A stretch of 64,000 nucleotides of DNA from an uncultured Candidatus Poseidoniales archaeon (GTDB lineage Archaea; Thermoplasmatota; Poseidoniia; Poseidoniales; Thalassarchaeaceae), in contig CAXEOD010000001.1 of assembly GCA_963997805.1 (NCBI GenBank), positions 3,635 to 67,634 on the forward strand. Reading direction: 5' to 3'. Below the pieces are notes generated by a model. That model was not told the origin of the DNA. It saw only the letters and a program-made list of their open reading frames with translations, and made no database searches. Made by a program: the position numbers and the translations under genes. Shown here piece after piece: positions 36,916-45,254 of the stretch (positions are counted from its first letter, which is position 1; each line of letters begins with the position of its first letter).

Positions 36916-38277
36916 TCACAGTAGGTTTGGATGCTCTTCAATATACTGAATAGTAATATCCCGAGCTAAATAATCAGGCTCATTCAAAATTGCCTTATGC
37001 AGAGGAATCACTGTCTCAACCCCTACCAACACGGTCTCATCTAGAGCTGTTTTCATCCCAGCAATCGCATCATCTCTATTTGCTCCCCAGACAACCATCT
37101 TGGCTAGTAAGGAGTCAAAACACCCAGGCATTTCGTAACCAACATGCGCGTGAGTGTCTACTCTTACCCCAAAACCAGAAGGAAAATGACAATCCCAAAG
37201 ACGTCCGGGAGAGGGGACGAAGTTTACTGGATCTTCTGCGTTAATCCGACATTGGATAGCGTGACCTGAAATCTCAATTTCATCTTGTGAAAAGGGTAAA
37301 GATTCACCTGCAGCAACACGGATACCAAGACTCACTAAGTCATGGCCAGTAATCATCTCTGTTACGGTGTGTTCAACTTGAACCCTAGGATTCACTTCCA
37401 AGAAATAGAATTCGCCGCTTGAATCGCGCAAGAACTCAAAGGTTGCCAATCCCTTGTAACCAACTGCTTCTGCGCCAGCACAAACTCTAGCCCCTATTTC
37501 CTCACGCTCTTCACTAGAAAGCCATGGGCCTTCTTCCAGTAATTTCTGATGACGGCGTTGTATCGAGCAAAAACGCTCTCCGAAATGAATTGCGTTTTTC
37601 CCATCAGCAAGCACCTGGAATTCTATGTGCTGTGCGCCCTCAATGAATTTCTCAATAAATACACGCTCGTCCCCAAAAGCCGAACGTGCTCGTGATTGAC
37701 AGAGATTGAGAGCAGAATCAAACTCGCTTTCTTGGTGAACTATTTGCATGCCAATCCCCCCACCTCCAGCAGCAGCCTTGATGATAACTGGATAACCGAT
37801 TTCGTCAGCAATTGTTGCGGCTTCTGAGGAGGTTTCTATTGGCTCACTACTACCCTTAGCAACTGGCAGTCCAGCCGCCTCCATAGCCTTCCTAGCCTCT
37901 ATCTTGTCACCAAGCAATGATATTACCTCTGATGATGGGCCGATGAAAACAATACCTTCTTCTTCACATCGTCGAACAAATGCAGCATTCTCAGCCAAGA
38001 ATCCATACCCCGGATGTATTGCTTGTGCTCCAATCTCCTTCGCTACCTCAATCACTTTTTCATAATCAAGATAGGCTTCTAGTGGGTTATCGGAATAATT
38101 TGGAATTGCAATATCAGAGAATCGAACAGGCAAAGAAAGGCGGTCTTCCCTGCCATGAATGATTGCAACCTCGCAACCCAAAGTCCGCAGTGCCCTAGAA
38201 ATTCTAAGAGCGATTTCACCGCGGTTGGCAATGAGCACCCTCTCAAACATGAATTGCCACGAGAGGCCCCGGTTCAA
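36916..38277 (-). CDS. accC: Biotin carboxylase subunit (acetyl-CoA/pyruvate carboxylase, ATP-grasp)
   Basis: …RVLIANRGEIALRI… N-terminus, ATP-grasp core, and the biotin carboxylase C-terminal domain (…EFQVLADGKNAIHFGERFCSIQRRHQKLLEE…). Confidence 0.85.
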   Translation of the reverse strand: MNRGLSWQFMFERVLIANRGEIALRISRALRTLGCEVAIIHGREDRLSLPVRFSDIAIPNYSDNPLEAYLDYEKVIEVAKEIGAQAIHPGYGFLAENAAFVRRCEEEGIVFIGPSSEVISLLGDKIEARKAMEAAGLPVAKGSSEPIETSSEAATIADEIGYPVIIKAAAGGGGIGMQIVHQESEFDSALNLCQSRARSAFGDERVFIEKFIEGAQHIEFQVLADGKNAIHFGERFCSIQRRHQKLLEEGPWLSSEEREEIGARVCAGAEAVGYKGLATFEFLRDSSGEFYFLEVNPRVQVEHTVTEMITGHDLVSLGIRVAAGESLPFSQDEIEISGHAIQCRINAEDPVNFVPSPGRLWDCHFPSGFGVRVDTHAHVGYEMPGCFDSLLAKMVVWGANRDDAIAGMKTALDETVLVGVETVIPLHKAILNEPDYLARDITIQYIEEHPNLL

Positions 38278-38303
38278 TAGAATGACTATTCCTAGATATC
38301 TAA

Positions 38304-39638
38304 TTAGTAGACATCACGGAGGTACCGTTTCTCTTGCTTCATCATACGCTGTTCAACAAATTCCTTAGCATCTTCAGCACTCATCCCACCATGCTCCTCG
38401 CAAATATTGATGAGAGTTTTGTGAACGTCCTTTGCCATACGGTTTTTATCGCCACAAACATAGAAGTATGCGCCACCGTCAATCCATGACCAAATCTCTT
38501 CACCATTTTTGGCCATTAAATTCTGCACATAGGTTTTGGGAATTTCTGCCATGCGTGACCACGCAAGGTCTAGGCGGGTCAAGTGTCCGCTGTCTAACCA
38601 ATCATCCAACTCACCACCATAGAGATATTCATGGGTAAAGGTTCGGTCACCAAAGAATAGCCAATTCCGACCTTTAGCTCCGTCAAACTTTCTCTGTTCG
38701 AGGAAGGCTCTGAATGGAGCAATACCAGTACCAGGCCCAACCATAATGATGTCTGTGTCACCGTTTGCTGGTAACACGAAACTACGGGTTGGTGACATAA
38801 ACATTGGAATTGTTTCTTTATTGAGAGGTGCTGAGTCTGCCATGTAAACCGTACACAATCCACCACGGTCCCTACCATGGTGGTTGTACCTAACGATTGC
38901 AACTGTCAATTCAACTTGACCTGGATGCGCGTCAAGAGATGAAGCGATTGAGTATAGACGTGGTTTTAACCGGTCCAAATTTGAAACAAACTCTTGTGGT
39001 GTAAAGGATAGATTGGGCATATCTGATAACAAATCAATGTAGTCACGACTCCAGAGATAATCTTCCATTGCATCAGGATCATTTACTAGTGATTCCCATA
39101 ACATCAGGGCAGGGTCACTTAATGCACCAACAGGTGCGAATCCTTCTGGGTAATCTTCTTCTTCGCCTGACCAACCCCACTCAACATTGTTAGAATCACC
39201 ATTTGTTGATGCTCTACTTCGCCCAACTAACCTAACAGATATTTTGGGACTTGTTGATGAAAACTTCATTTCAAGACCTTGAATGAACTTCTTGCATAAG
39301 CGGTGAATTTCGTAGTGATTTGCTAATGCATCCCCAATATTTGTCTCACCAAGGTGTGTCTCTACCATTTCCTCACCAGTGAAATTTAGCAGCCCGAGCA
39401 AATCTGAAACTAGTTCTTCAGGGTTTTCTGGAATGATTCCAAGTGCATCACCGACTTTGTATTCCAGACCGGAATCACCGAGGTCAAAAACGATATGGCG
39501 AGTTTCTTTTGTTGAGTCTGGATGAGTGATAACTCTCTTCTCAACCATTTTCCCAAGATAGGGACTTTTGCTGCTGTATTCGCTCATTGCACCATCTCCT
39601 GATGTCACTCCGCCTACGGCGGGGTGACTATCCGTCAA
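38304..39638 (-). CDS. Sulfite reductase flavoprotein (CysJ)/CPR-like FAD/NADPH-binding reductase lacking the FMN (flavodoxin) domain
   Basis: CysJ connecting/FAD domain (TRHIVFDLGDSGLEYKVGDALGII), FAD motif RLYSIASS, and C-terminal …FYVCGD…YLRDVY, but no N-terminal flavodoxin domain. Confidence 0.75.
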   Translation of the reverse strand: MTDSHPAVGGVTSGDGAMSEYSSKSPYLGKMVEKRVITHPDSTKETRHIVFDLGDSGLEYKVGDALGIIPENPEELVSDLLGLLNFTGEEMVETHLGETNIGDALANHYEIHRLCKKFIQGLEMKFSSTSPKISVRLVGRSRASTNGDSNNVEWGWSGEEEDYPEGFAPVGALSDPALMLWESLVNDPDAMEDYLWSRDYIDLLSDMPNLSFTPQEFVSNLDRLKPRLYSIASSLDAHPGQVELTVAIVRYNHHGRDRGGLCTVYMADSAPLNKETIPMFMSPTRSFVLPANGDTDIIMVGPGTGIAPFRAFLEQRKFDGAKGRNWLFFGDRTFTHEYLYGGELDDWLDSGHLTRLDLAWSRMAEIPKTYVQNLMAKNGEEIWSWIDGGAYFYVCGDKNRMAKDVHKTLINICEEHGGMSAEDAKEFVEQRMMKQEKRYLRDVY

Positions 39639-39744
39639 GTCTGCTGTTTATCAAGCGAATGGAAAAGCGTGTGTTGTTTTGAGACAAATGAAATCCGACG
39701 CATAACTAAAGCACTCTTGCATTCTCCGACTGTTTGGGCGTAGC

Positions 39745-40521
39745 ATGGTTGAAGTTAGATTTCTAGGTAGTGGTAATGCCTTTTGTCCAGATGGGCGGAT
39801 GCATTCACTAGTCTTACTCGATGGGAAAATTCTCATTGACACACCACCAACTATCCTACCCCAATTAGGGCAAGCGGGACTCAGCCCTGCTGATATCAAC
39901 ACAATTCTATTCACCCATTGGCATGGCGACCACATTTTCGGTTTCCCATTCTTCATACTCGAGCGCAAATACATATCAGACCGAGAAGGACACAACACCC
40001 TAGAAGTTCACCTGCATGAAGGTGGAGACAAGAAGTTGATGGAACTCTCTGAAATCGCATTCCCTGGTTCTTTGACTGATGTACTCGAAAATCGTGTGAG
40101 GTTCCACCACTCAAAAAATGGCCAAGTTACAGGAGCATCAGATTGGGTGTTTGAAAGGTTCAAGGTAAACCATGAACCCGCTACAGATCCGCACGGTTAC
40201 CAATTACACCACACTTCTGGATTAACAATTATCCATTGTGGAGATTCAGGACCTTGTGAAGAAATTGAACAAAGAGTTGGAGATGCTGAAATAGTAATAA
40301 TTGAAGTTGGGGTTCCAGATGGAGTCCCCACAGATTTTCATTTCAAACCATCGAGCTTAACTGAACTAGCAAAGAAGAATCCTTCAACCATATTCCTCGC
40401 GACTCATCTTTACACGACAAAAGATGAGTCAATATCTGATTTACCGAACAATGTTATTCAAGTGCAAGATGGAGACATATTCAATTGCGAAACTGGTGGG
40501 ATTATTGCAAAATCCAATTGA
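39745..40521 (+). CDS. MBL-fold metallo-hydrolase
   Basis: HxHxDH motif (THWHGDHIFG) and downstream His/Asp ligands; 258 aa. Confidence 0.7.
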   Translation: MVEVRFLGSGNAFCPDGRMHSLVLLDGKILIDTPPTILPQLGQAGLSPADINTILFTHWHGDHIFGFPFFILERKYISDREGHNTLEVHLHEGGDKKLMELSEIAFPGSLTDVLENRVRFHHSKNGQVTGASDWVFERFKVNHEPATDPHGYQLHHTSGLTIIHCGDSGPCEEIEQRVGDAEIVIIEVGVPDGVPTDFHFKPSSLTELAKKNPSTIFLATHLYTTKDESISDLPNNVIQVQDGDIFNCETGGIIAKSN

Positions 40522-40999
40522 ATGTTTATTTCAGATGATAAGATATTAATGATTTTAATATCATGACGTGGGTGTCATAATTGCTGGGATGCGATTTTGT
40601 TCGATTGCAATAATTATCTTAAGGGGGATTTTGATAAACACACTTCCTCTTGATAAAAATGTTACAAAAAAACGCTTGAAAAATTCACTTCTTTCGATTC
40701 CTTATTCTGAGACATTCTCTTTGCCTATTCTGAGAAGGGGTTAACCGCCATTGCTGGCGCCAAAATATCAAAAACACAATACGGGGGCTTTAAAATAGTT
40801 ATTTTTTTGCTCATTCCAATTGGGAGTTAATATAGTATAATTCTATTTGACTTGCGCGAAAAAATAGGTCTAAGATTGTGATTCAGCAATTAGGCTTATT
40901 AGACCGACACGCCTCCTCAGGAATCTCCGTAACAGTTGGGACCACCGCTCACAAGACAAACACGGAGAGAATGAAACGAGATGGCGTTGGTGTTATAAA
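40522..40999. promoter_or_regulatory. Candidate chromosomal replication origin (oriC): AT-rich unwinding element and repeats immediately upstream of orc1/cdc6
   Basis: 478-bp non-coding, AT-rich region with direct repeats (CTTATTCTGAGA / CCTATTCTGAGA; TTGATAAACA / TTGATAAAAA), inverted repeats (TATCATGAC…GTCATAAT; AGGTCTAA…TTAGACC), an ORB-like TTCCAATTGGGAG element, and an A/T run (TTTAAAATAGTTATTTTTTTGCTCATTCC). Confidence 0.4.
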
Positions 41000-42238
41000 A
41001 TGGGCGAAAATATTTTCAACCACTTACTAGGTAATGATAGCCTATTTAAAAACCGCGATGTGCTTCATCACGGATTCACACCCGATAACCTACCACACAG
41101 GGAAAATGAGGTAAAATCTTTAGTTCATAATTTAGTTGAGGCACTTCATGGACAGATACCATCCAATATGATATTGTATGGACAACCTGGATTAGGAAAA
41201 ACAGCCGTAACTCGTTATGTCTGTAAACAATTGTTGAATCGTGGAAAAGAAATAGGGCGTGCAATTCACGCAGTTGAAGTCAACTGTTGCTCAATTGATA
41301 CCAAGTATCGTGTACTAGCTAAGTTGGCAAATGATTTAGCAACTGACAATGAAAGTCTGGTGCCTTTCACTGGATGGCCAACCGACAAGGTGCTTCAACA
41401 GCTTCGCCAAAATATGGAATCAAAAGGCGGAGTTCATATATTCGTATTAGACGAAATCGACCACTTAGTAAAACGGCATGGTGACGACATTCTCTACCTA
41501 CTTACCAGCCTCAATTATGAATTGAGAAATTCTAAGTGTTGTATAATCGGAATTACAAACGACCTACAATTCACTGAGATGCTTGACGCTAGAATTTCCT
41601 CACGACTTGGCTCGGAAGACTTGGCATTCCCACCGTATGACGCTCGTCAAATTGCAGACATCCTTTCCCAACGCGCGCTCGCGGGCGTACGCGAAGGAGT
41701 TCTTGAGAATGGGGTTATCAAACTCTGCTCCGCCTTAGCCGCTCAAGAACATGGAGACGCGAGGCGCGCTTTGGATTTACTACGAGTTTCTATTCACAAA
41801 GCAGATGTCATGGAAGATGACCATGTTTCCACTGAACACGTTCGTTTAGCCCAGAATCAATTACAATTTGACCAAATGACACCAGTAATTTCTAGTCTAC
41901 CATTCCACCAAAAACTGGTGCTTTACAGTATTTTACTCAACGAGAGTAATGGTTTGACGAATGTTTCAACTGGAGAAGTATTCTCAGTTTACCAAATGAC
42001 TTGTAACAACGCTTCGGTCACACCATTAGTTTCACGCTCTATTGGAAATGTGATCAAGAATCTTGACAGCCTTGGATTAGTTACTGCCAAAACAACCAGC
42101 CTAGGACGTTATGGTAGAAGCAATCGCATCAATTCTTGCATACCTCAAAACATCAACGCCGTAACCATCATGGTTGAGGCTGATGAAGCGATGAAACCAG
42201 TGGTAAACTGCACATACCGCCTCCAAGCAAGGCTTTGA
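41000..42238 (+). CDS. cdc6: Orc1/Cdc6 replication initiator
   Basis: AAA+ Walker A GQPGLGKTAV, Walker B FVLDEIDHL, sensor motifs, and a C-terminal winged helix; 412 aa. Confidence 0.9.
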   Translation: MGENIFNHLLGNDSLFKNRDVLHHGFTPDNLPHRENEVKSLVHNLVEALHGQIPSNMILYGQPGLGKTAVTRYVCKQLLNRGKEIGRAIHAVEVNCCSIDTKYRVLAKLANDLATDNESLVPFTGWPTDKVLQQLRQNMESKGGVHIFVLDEIDHLVKRHGDDILYLLTSLNYELRNSKCCIIGITNDLQFTEMLDARISSRLGSEDLAFPPYDARQIADILSQRALAGVREGVLENGVIKLCSALAAQEHGDARRALDLLRVSIHKADVMEDDHVSTEHVRLAQNQLQFDQMTPVISSLPFHQKLVLYSILLNESNGLTNVSTGEVFSVYQMTCNNASVTPLVSRSIGNVIKNLDSLGLVTAKTTSLGRYGRSNRINSCIPQNINAVTIMVEADEAMKPVVNCTYRLQARL

Positions 42239-42270
42239 GTAACAATATCTCACATATTCTACGCTAAGAA

Positions 42271-42894
42271 TTGTTAAGAGAGGGTCGCCGGTCGGGCGCC
42301 TTGATGAGCGACGAAAGTGGAGACAGCGGAAATGAGTCTGTCAGCATGATTGTAGATTGGATTAAGTCACCAGGTAAGGCCTTTTCATCACTAGTCTTTG
42401 GACTTGGAGTATGGGGCCTAGTGCTTGGAATCGTAAATGTGGTGTGTGGCGCGGTTGTTGCTGGTGAACGAAAGGTTGTATGGGCCGGCTATCTCACAAT
42501 GGGTTACCTTTGGGATGAGCCTTACTCAGAGATGGTCTATCGCCCTTGGTCTGACACTGTATTCTTGGCTATGGCTGTTACCGGGATAGCATGGGGCGCT
42601 TGGGGAATTCACCAAAAAGTTGAGGGCGGTTTTCAAGCTTGGATAAAAGGAATTTTCTTCCACCCAATTTGGACAAGCCTAGTTTCTGGACGAGAAGAGG
42701 GTGGTATGACGATGACTGCTGCTGCTTGGTGCCTACTACTTGGTATCGGATTCTACTCCTATTGGTCAATCGTCCACTGGGCGTGGACTGACATCGGCGT
42801 TTACGCAGTGACTGCACCTCTTCTTGCATTTGGCTTTGGTTTGCGCTTCCTAGCATTAATTGATGATAGTGATAGTTCACTATCAGAACTCTGA
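42271..42894 (+). CDS. Hypothetical integral membrane protein (4-5 TM)
   Basis: Hydrophobic helices rich in Trp/Gly; no recognisable motif. Confidence 0.4.
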   Translation: MLREGRRSGALMSDESGDSGNESVSMIVDWIKSPGKAFSSLVFGLGVWGLVLGIVNVVCGAVVAGERKVVWAGYLTMGYLWDEPYSEMVYRPWSDTVFLAMAVTGIAWGAWGIHQKVEGGFQAWIKGIFFHPIWTSLVSGREEGGMTMTAAAWCLLLGIGFYSYWSIVHWAWTDIGVYAVTAPLLAFGFGLRFLALIDDSDSSLSEL

Positions 42895-42924
42895 ACGGTT
42901 AACACCTTTTTCTGCTAACCACAG

Positions 42925-43860
42925 TTAATGACCATTTCTTCCGAGTAATGCGTCTATGCATCCTTCAAATGTTCCCAGCCAAAGAGCAGCACTCCATAAC
43001 AGATAGTTTCGGAAAATAATAGTTGATACTACGATTACTGCACCCGTGATAACTGGGTCAAGAAAATTTACCATGGTGGCTAATAATGCAATATATGGAA
43101 TTAAAAGGAATGCAATAAGCATTCCATCTTTAGAGAAATCATGTTTTACACCACGGTATTCCCTCATTATTCGTGTGTGTGCTCTTGCATCTCTACGACG
43201 CTTTTGAAGAAATATCTTGAGAGAATTCTCTGCTACATGATCCACCACTGCTTCAGGCTCATAGCGAATGTTTCCACCTGTTTGAATTAATTTCATGGAG
43301 ACCTCCATATCCTCAGCATGATACCAAGATGGGTCAAAACCGCCTAGTGAAATGAGATTCTCTCTCTTGAACATTGAACATGGGCCATTGGCTAATGTAG
43401 CGTCAGCAGAACGTGCCGAGTATTTCCAAGCAATAGCACGAGAACGCAATCTGCTTACTGAAGTTCTACCTTCGTCAAAGATAACTCTGCCCGTTACAGC
43501 ATCCATTCCTTCACTCGACGCAAACATCCTCTCAATCCAATCTGACCTTGGACGGCAATCGATGTCAGTTATCGCTACCCATTCCCCCTTTGAAATATTG
43601 AGTGCTTTGTTCCTACCTGCCGACAGCCCCAATGGTCCTTGTGAAAGAATTTGAATAGGGATCCCTTCAGAAGAGCCATCTTCCGAGGCTTCCCATTGTT
43701 GAAGTAACTCATTGCTTCCATCTGTTGAACCGTCATCAACAGCGATAATTTCCAACGGCCGATATGTTTGAGCACACAATGCAGTCATGCAATCGTCAAT
43801 CCAGTGGACTCCATTGCGAACGCAAACGGTGATGCTAATTAGCGGAGATACCACTCTCAC
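42925..43860 (-). CDS. Family 2 glycosyltransferase (dolichyl-phosphate sugar transferase-like) with C-terminal TM helices
   Basis: IIAVDDGSTDGS motif, DXD (ITDID), and a C-terminal membrane anchor; overlaps the downstream gene by 4 nt. Confidence 0.75.
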   Translation of the reverse strand: MRVVSPLISITVCVRNGVHWIDDCMTALCAQTYRPLEIIAVDDGSTDGSNELLQQWEASEDGSSEGIPIQILSQGPLGLSAGRNKALNISKGEWVAITDIDCRPRSDWIERMFASSEGMDAVTGRVIFDEGRTSVSRLRSRAIAWKYSARSADATLANGPCSMFKRENLISLGGFDPSWYHAEDMEVSMKLIQTGGNIRYEPEAVVDHVAENSLKIFLQKRRRDARAHTRIMREYRGVKHDFSKDGMLIAFLLIPYIALLATMVNFLDPVITGAVIVVSTIIFRNYLLWSAALWLGTFEGCIDALLGRNGH

Positions 43861-44900
43861 AGCTCCTTAGTGAATACATCAAGAAGTCTACGGCAATTTT
43901 CTTTTGTTTCTCGGCTGGTAATCCTAACAACAACCCCCTTCCCTGGTTGACCATAGAGTACAGCACAACCTATTGGGGCAAGTAAGTGGATAATGATGGG
44001 TGCTAAATCCTCCTCTCCTTTAACCACAATAAGAGTAGGCCGGCTATTCAAGAGTGCTACCTTTGTAGCTAGTTTCAAGTCTGCAGTGATAAGTCCAGGG
44101 GGATTAGTGCAGGTTGATAGATGTGGGAATAATTCTCTATCAAGGTTTTCGGCTTCAGCCCAAACCTCACGCTTCGTCATTCCGTCGATAAAAGATATGT
44201 CGGGAATTACACCCATGTCAACTAATGTTTGTACTGTAACATCTCCGACTGCAATCAGTTTTGGCGATGACTCTGAAATCGAGGCTAGGGCTCTACGCAT
44301 CGCTACTTCAGGCCTTGACTCCGGGCCTTCATGAAGGGTTCCAAAAGGTTGCTTTAGTTCGTCATCTAGAATTTCTGGCATTCGCTGATCAAGATACATT
44401 TCAGCCTCTCCGAGCCAAGGCTGACCTTGACGGTCAATTTCACCATCTCTTATTCTACTTGAAGAAATGATTTCACCAGCAGTCCCTAGAATATGTTCTG
44501 CCATAATAATACTCAATGGAGGCAAGGATTCTATTTTTCTTGAACTATTGATATCTTCACATGCAGACCTAGTTTCAGGGGTGCATCCAATCGAATCTGC
44601 CTCTAAACTAGTTGGGGCAGGCCCAATTTCATTCTCTAAAAGATGAATAGATAACCGATCACAAGCATCTTCTGAATCAGCCCAAACCAAAATATCTTGT
44701 TTTCGGGTTTCCCAATCCAAAACGATAGGGGTTTTTGATTTAGCCATATTATCGCTTGTAAGCCATATCTGAACCTCATCAGATTGTTCCAAACAAGTAG
44801 AAATCAAATGATGGTGGCCAGCATGAAGGCGGTCAAATGTACCACCTAGTAAACACAGTGAGTGCCGGCGCATTAAAACATCTGAGAGGTTGAACCTCAA
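43857..44900 (-). CDS. Fusion protein: archaeal phosphopantetheine adenylyltransferase (PPAT) N-domain plus a DUF359-like C-domain (putative GTP-dependent dephospho-CoA kinase)
   Basis: N-terminus LLGGTFDRLHAGHHHL…TSD (cytidylyltransferase HxGH); C-terminal roughly 150 aa (…LIAVGDVTVQTLVDMGVIPDISFIDGMTKR…) of DUF359 size and character; 347 aa compared with about 160 aa for a stand-alone PPAT. Confidence 0.55.
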   Translation of the reverse strand: MRFNLSDVLMRRHSLCLLGGTFDRLHAGHHHLISTCLEQSDEVQIWLTSDNMAKSKTPIVLDWETRKQDILVWADSEDACDRLSIHLLENEIGPAPTSLEADSIGCTPETRSACEDINSSRKIESLPPLSIIMAEHILGTAGEIISSSRIRDGEIDRQGQPWLGEAEMYLDQRMPEILDDELKQPFGTLHEGPESRPEVAMRRALASISESSPKLIAVGDVTVQTLVDMGVIPDISFIDGMTKREVWAEAENLDRELFPHLSTCTNPPGLITADLKLATKVALLNSRPTLIVVKGEEDLAPIIIHLLAPIGCAVLYGQPGKGVVVRITSRETKENCRRLLDVFTKEL

Positions 44901-44924
44901 TCAATCCTACGGATGGATGGAAAA

Positions 44925-45250
44925 ACAAAAGTGTGCCCCGGGGAGTAACGAACCGCCTCATCGCTTTTGGCTCGGAGGTTCTGACCCACCCCGGGGCGTC
45001 TGTCGGACAAGTGGGTGGTTCCGGTAGTCATTCCGCGCACAGCAGTCGTATGGAGACCTTCTCGCCCTGCCGCCATTTTGCACCGAGGTTCATTCCCCGA
45101 AGGGTCACCACGGCCTTCGAAGGCGGCGATACCCCGCACTTGGTACCACAGTTCATCCCTCGCCGGCGAAGGCCAAGGTCCGTGTGGTGTTGCAGCCGGG
45201 GCAAACTTTTGGGTAAAAGCACCCCTTTTGAATCCTCTTATTGATGGAAA
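44925..45250 (-). ncRNA. rnpB: GC-rich structured ncRNA, probable RNase P RNA (strand and identity are tentative; SRP RNA is the alternative)
   Basis: About 330-bp GC-rich island in a mid-40% GC genome, open in all six frames only as short mutually overlapping ORFs; the minus-strand read contains blocks resembling RNase P RNA conserved regions (…CAAAAGU…CCCCGGCU…; …GGCAGGG…; …GGAAUGACU…GUCCGACAGACGCCCCGGGG…GGGUCAG…) with complementary P4-like strands CCCCGG/CCGGGG and a GCCUUCGAAGGC hairpin. Confidence 0.4.
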
Positions 45251-45254
45251 TGGT

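Noticed and set aside
39651-39998. 115-aa minus-strand ORF overlapping the MBL hydrolase start
   Set aside because: Antisense to the HxHxDH motif-bearing gene; Cys/Arg-rich with no motif.
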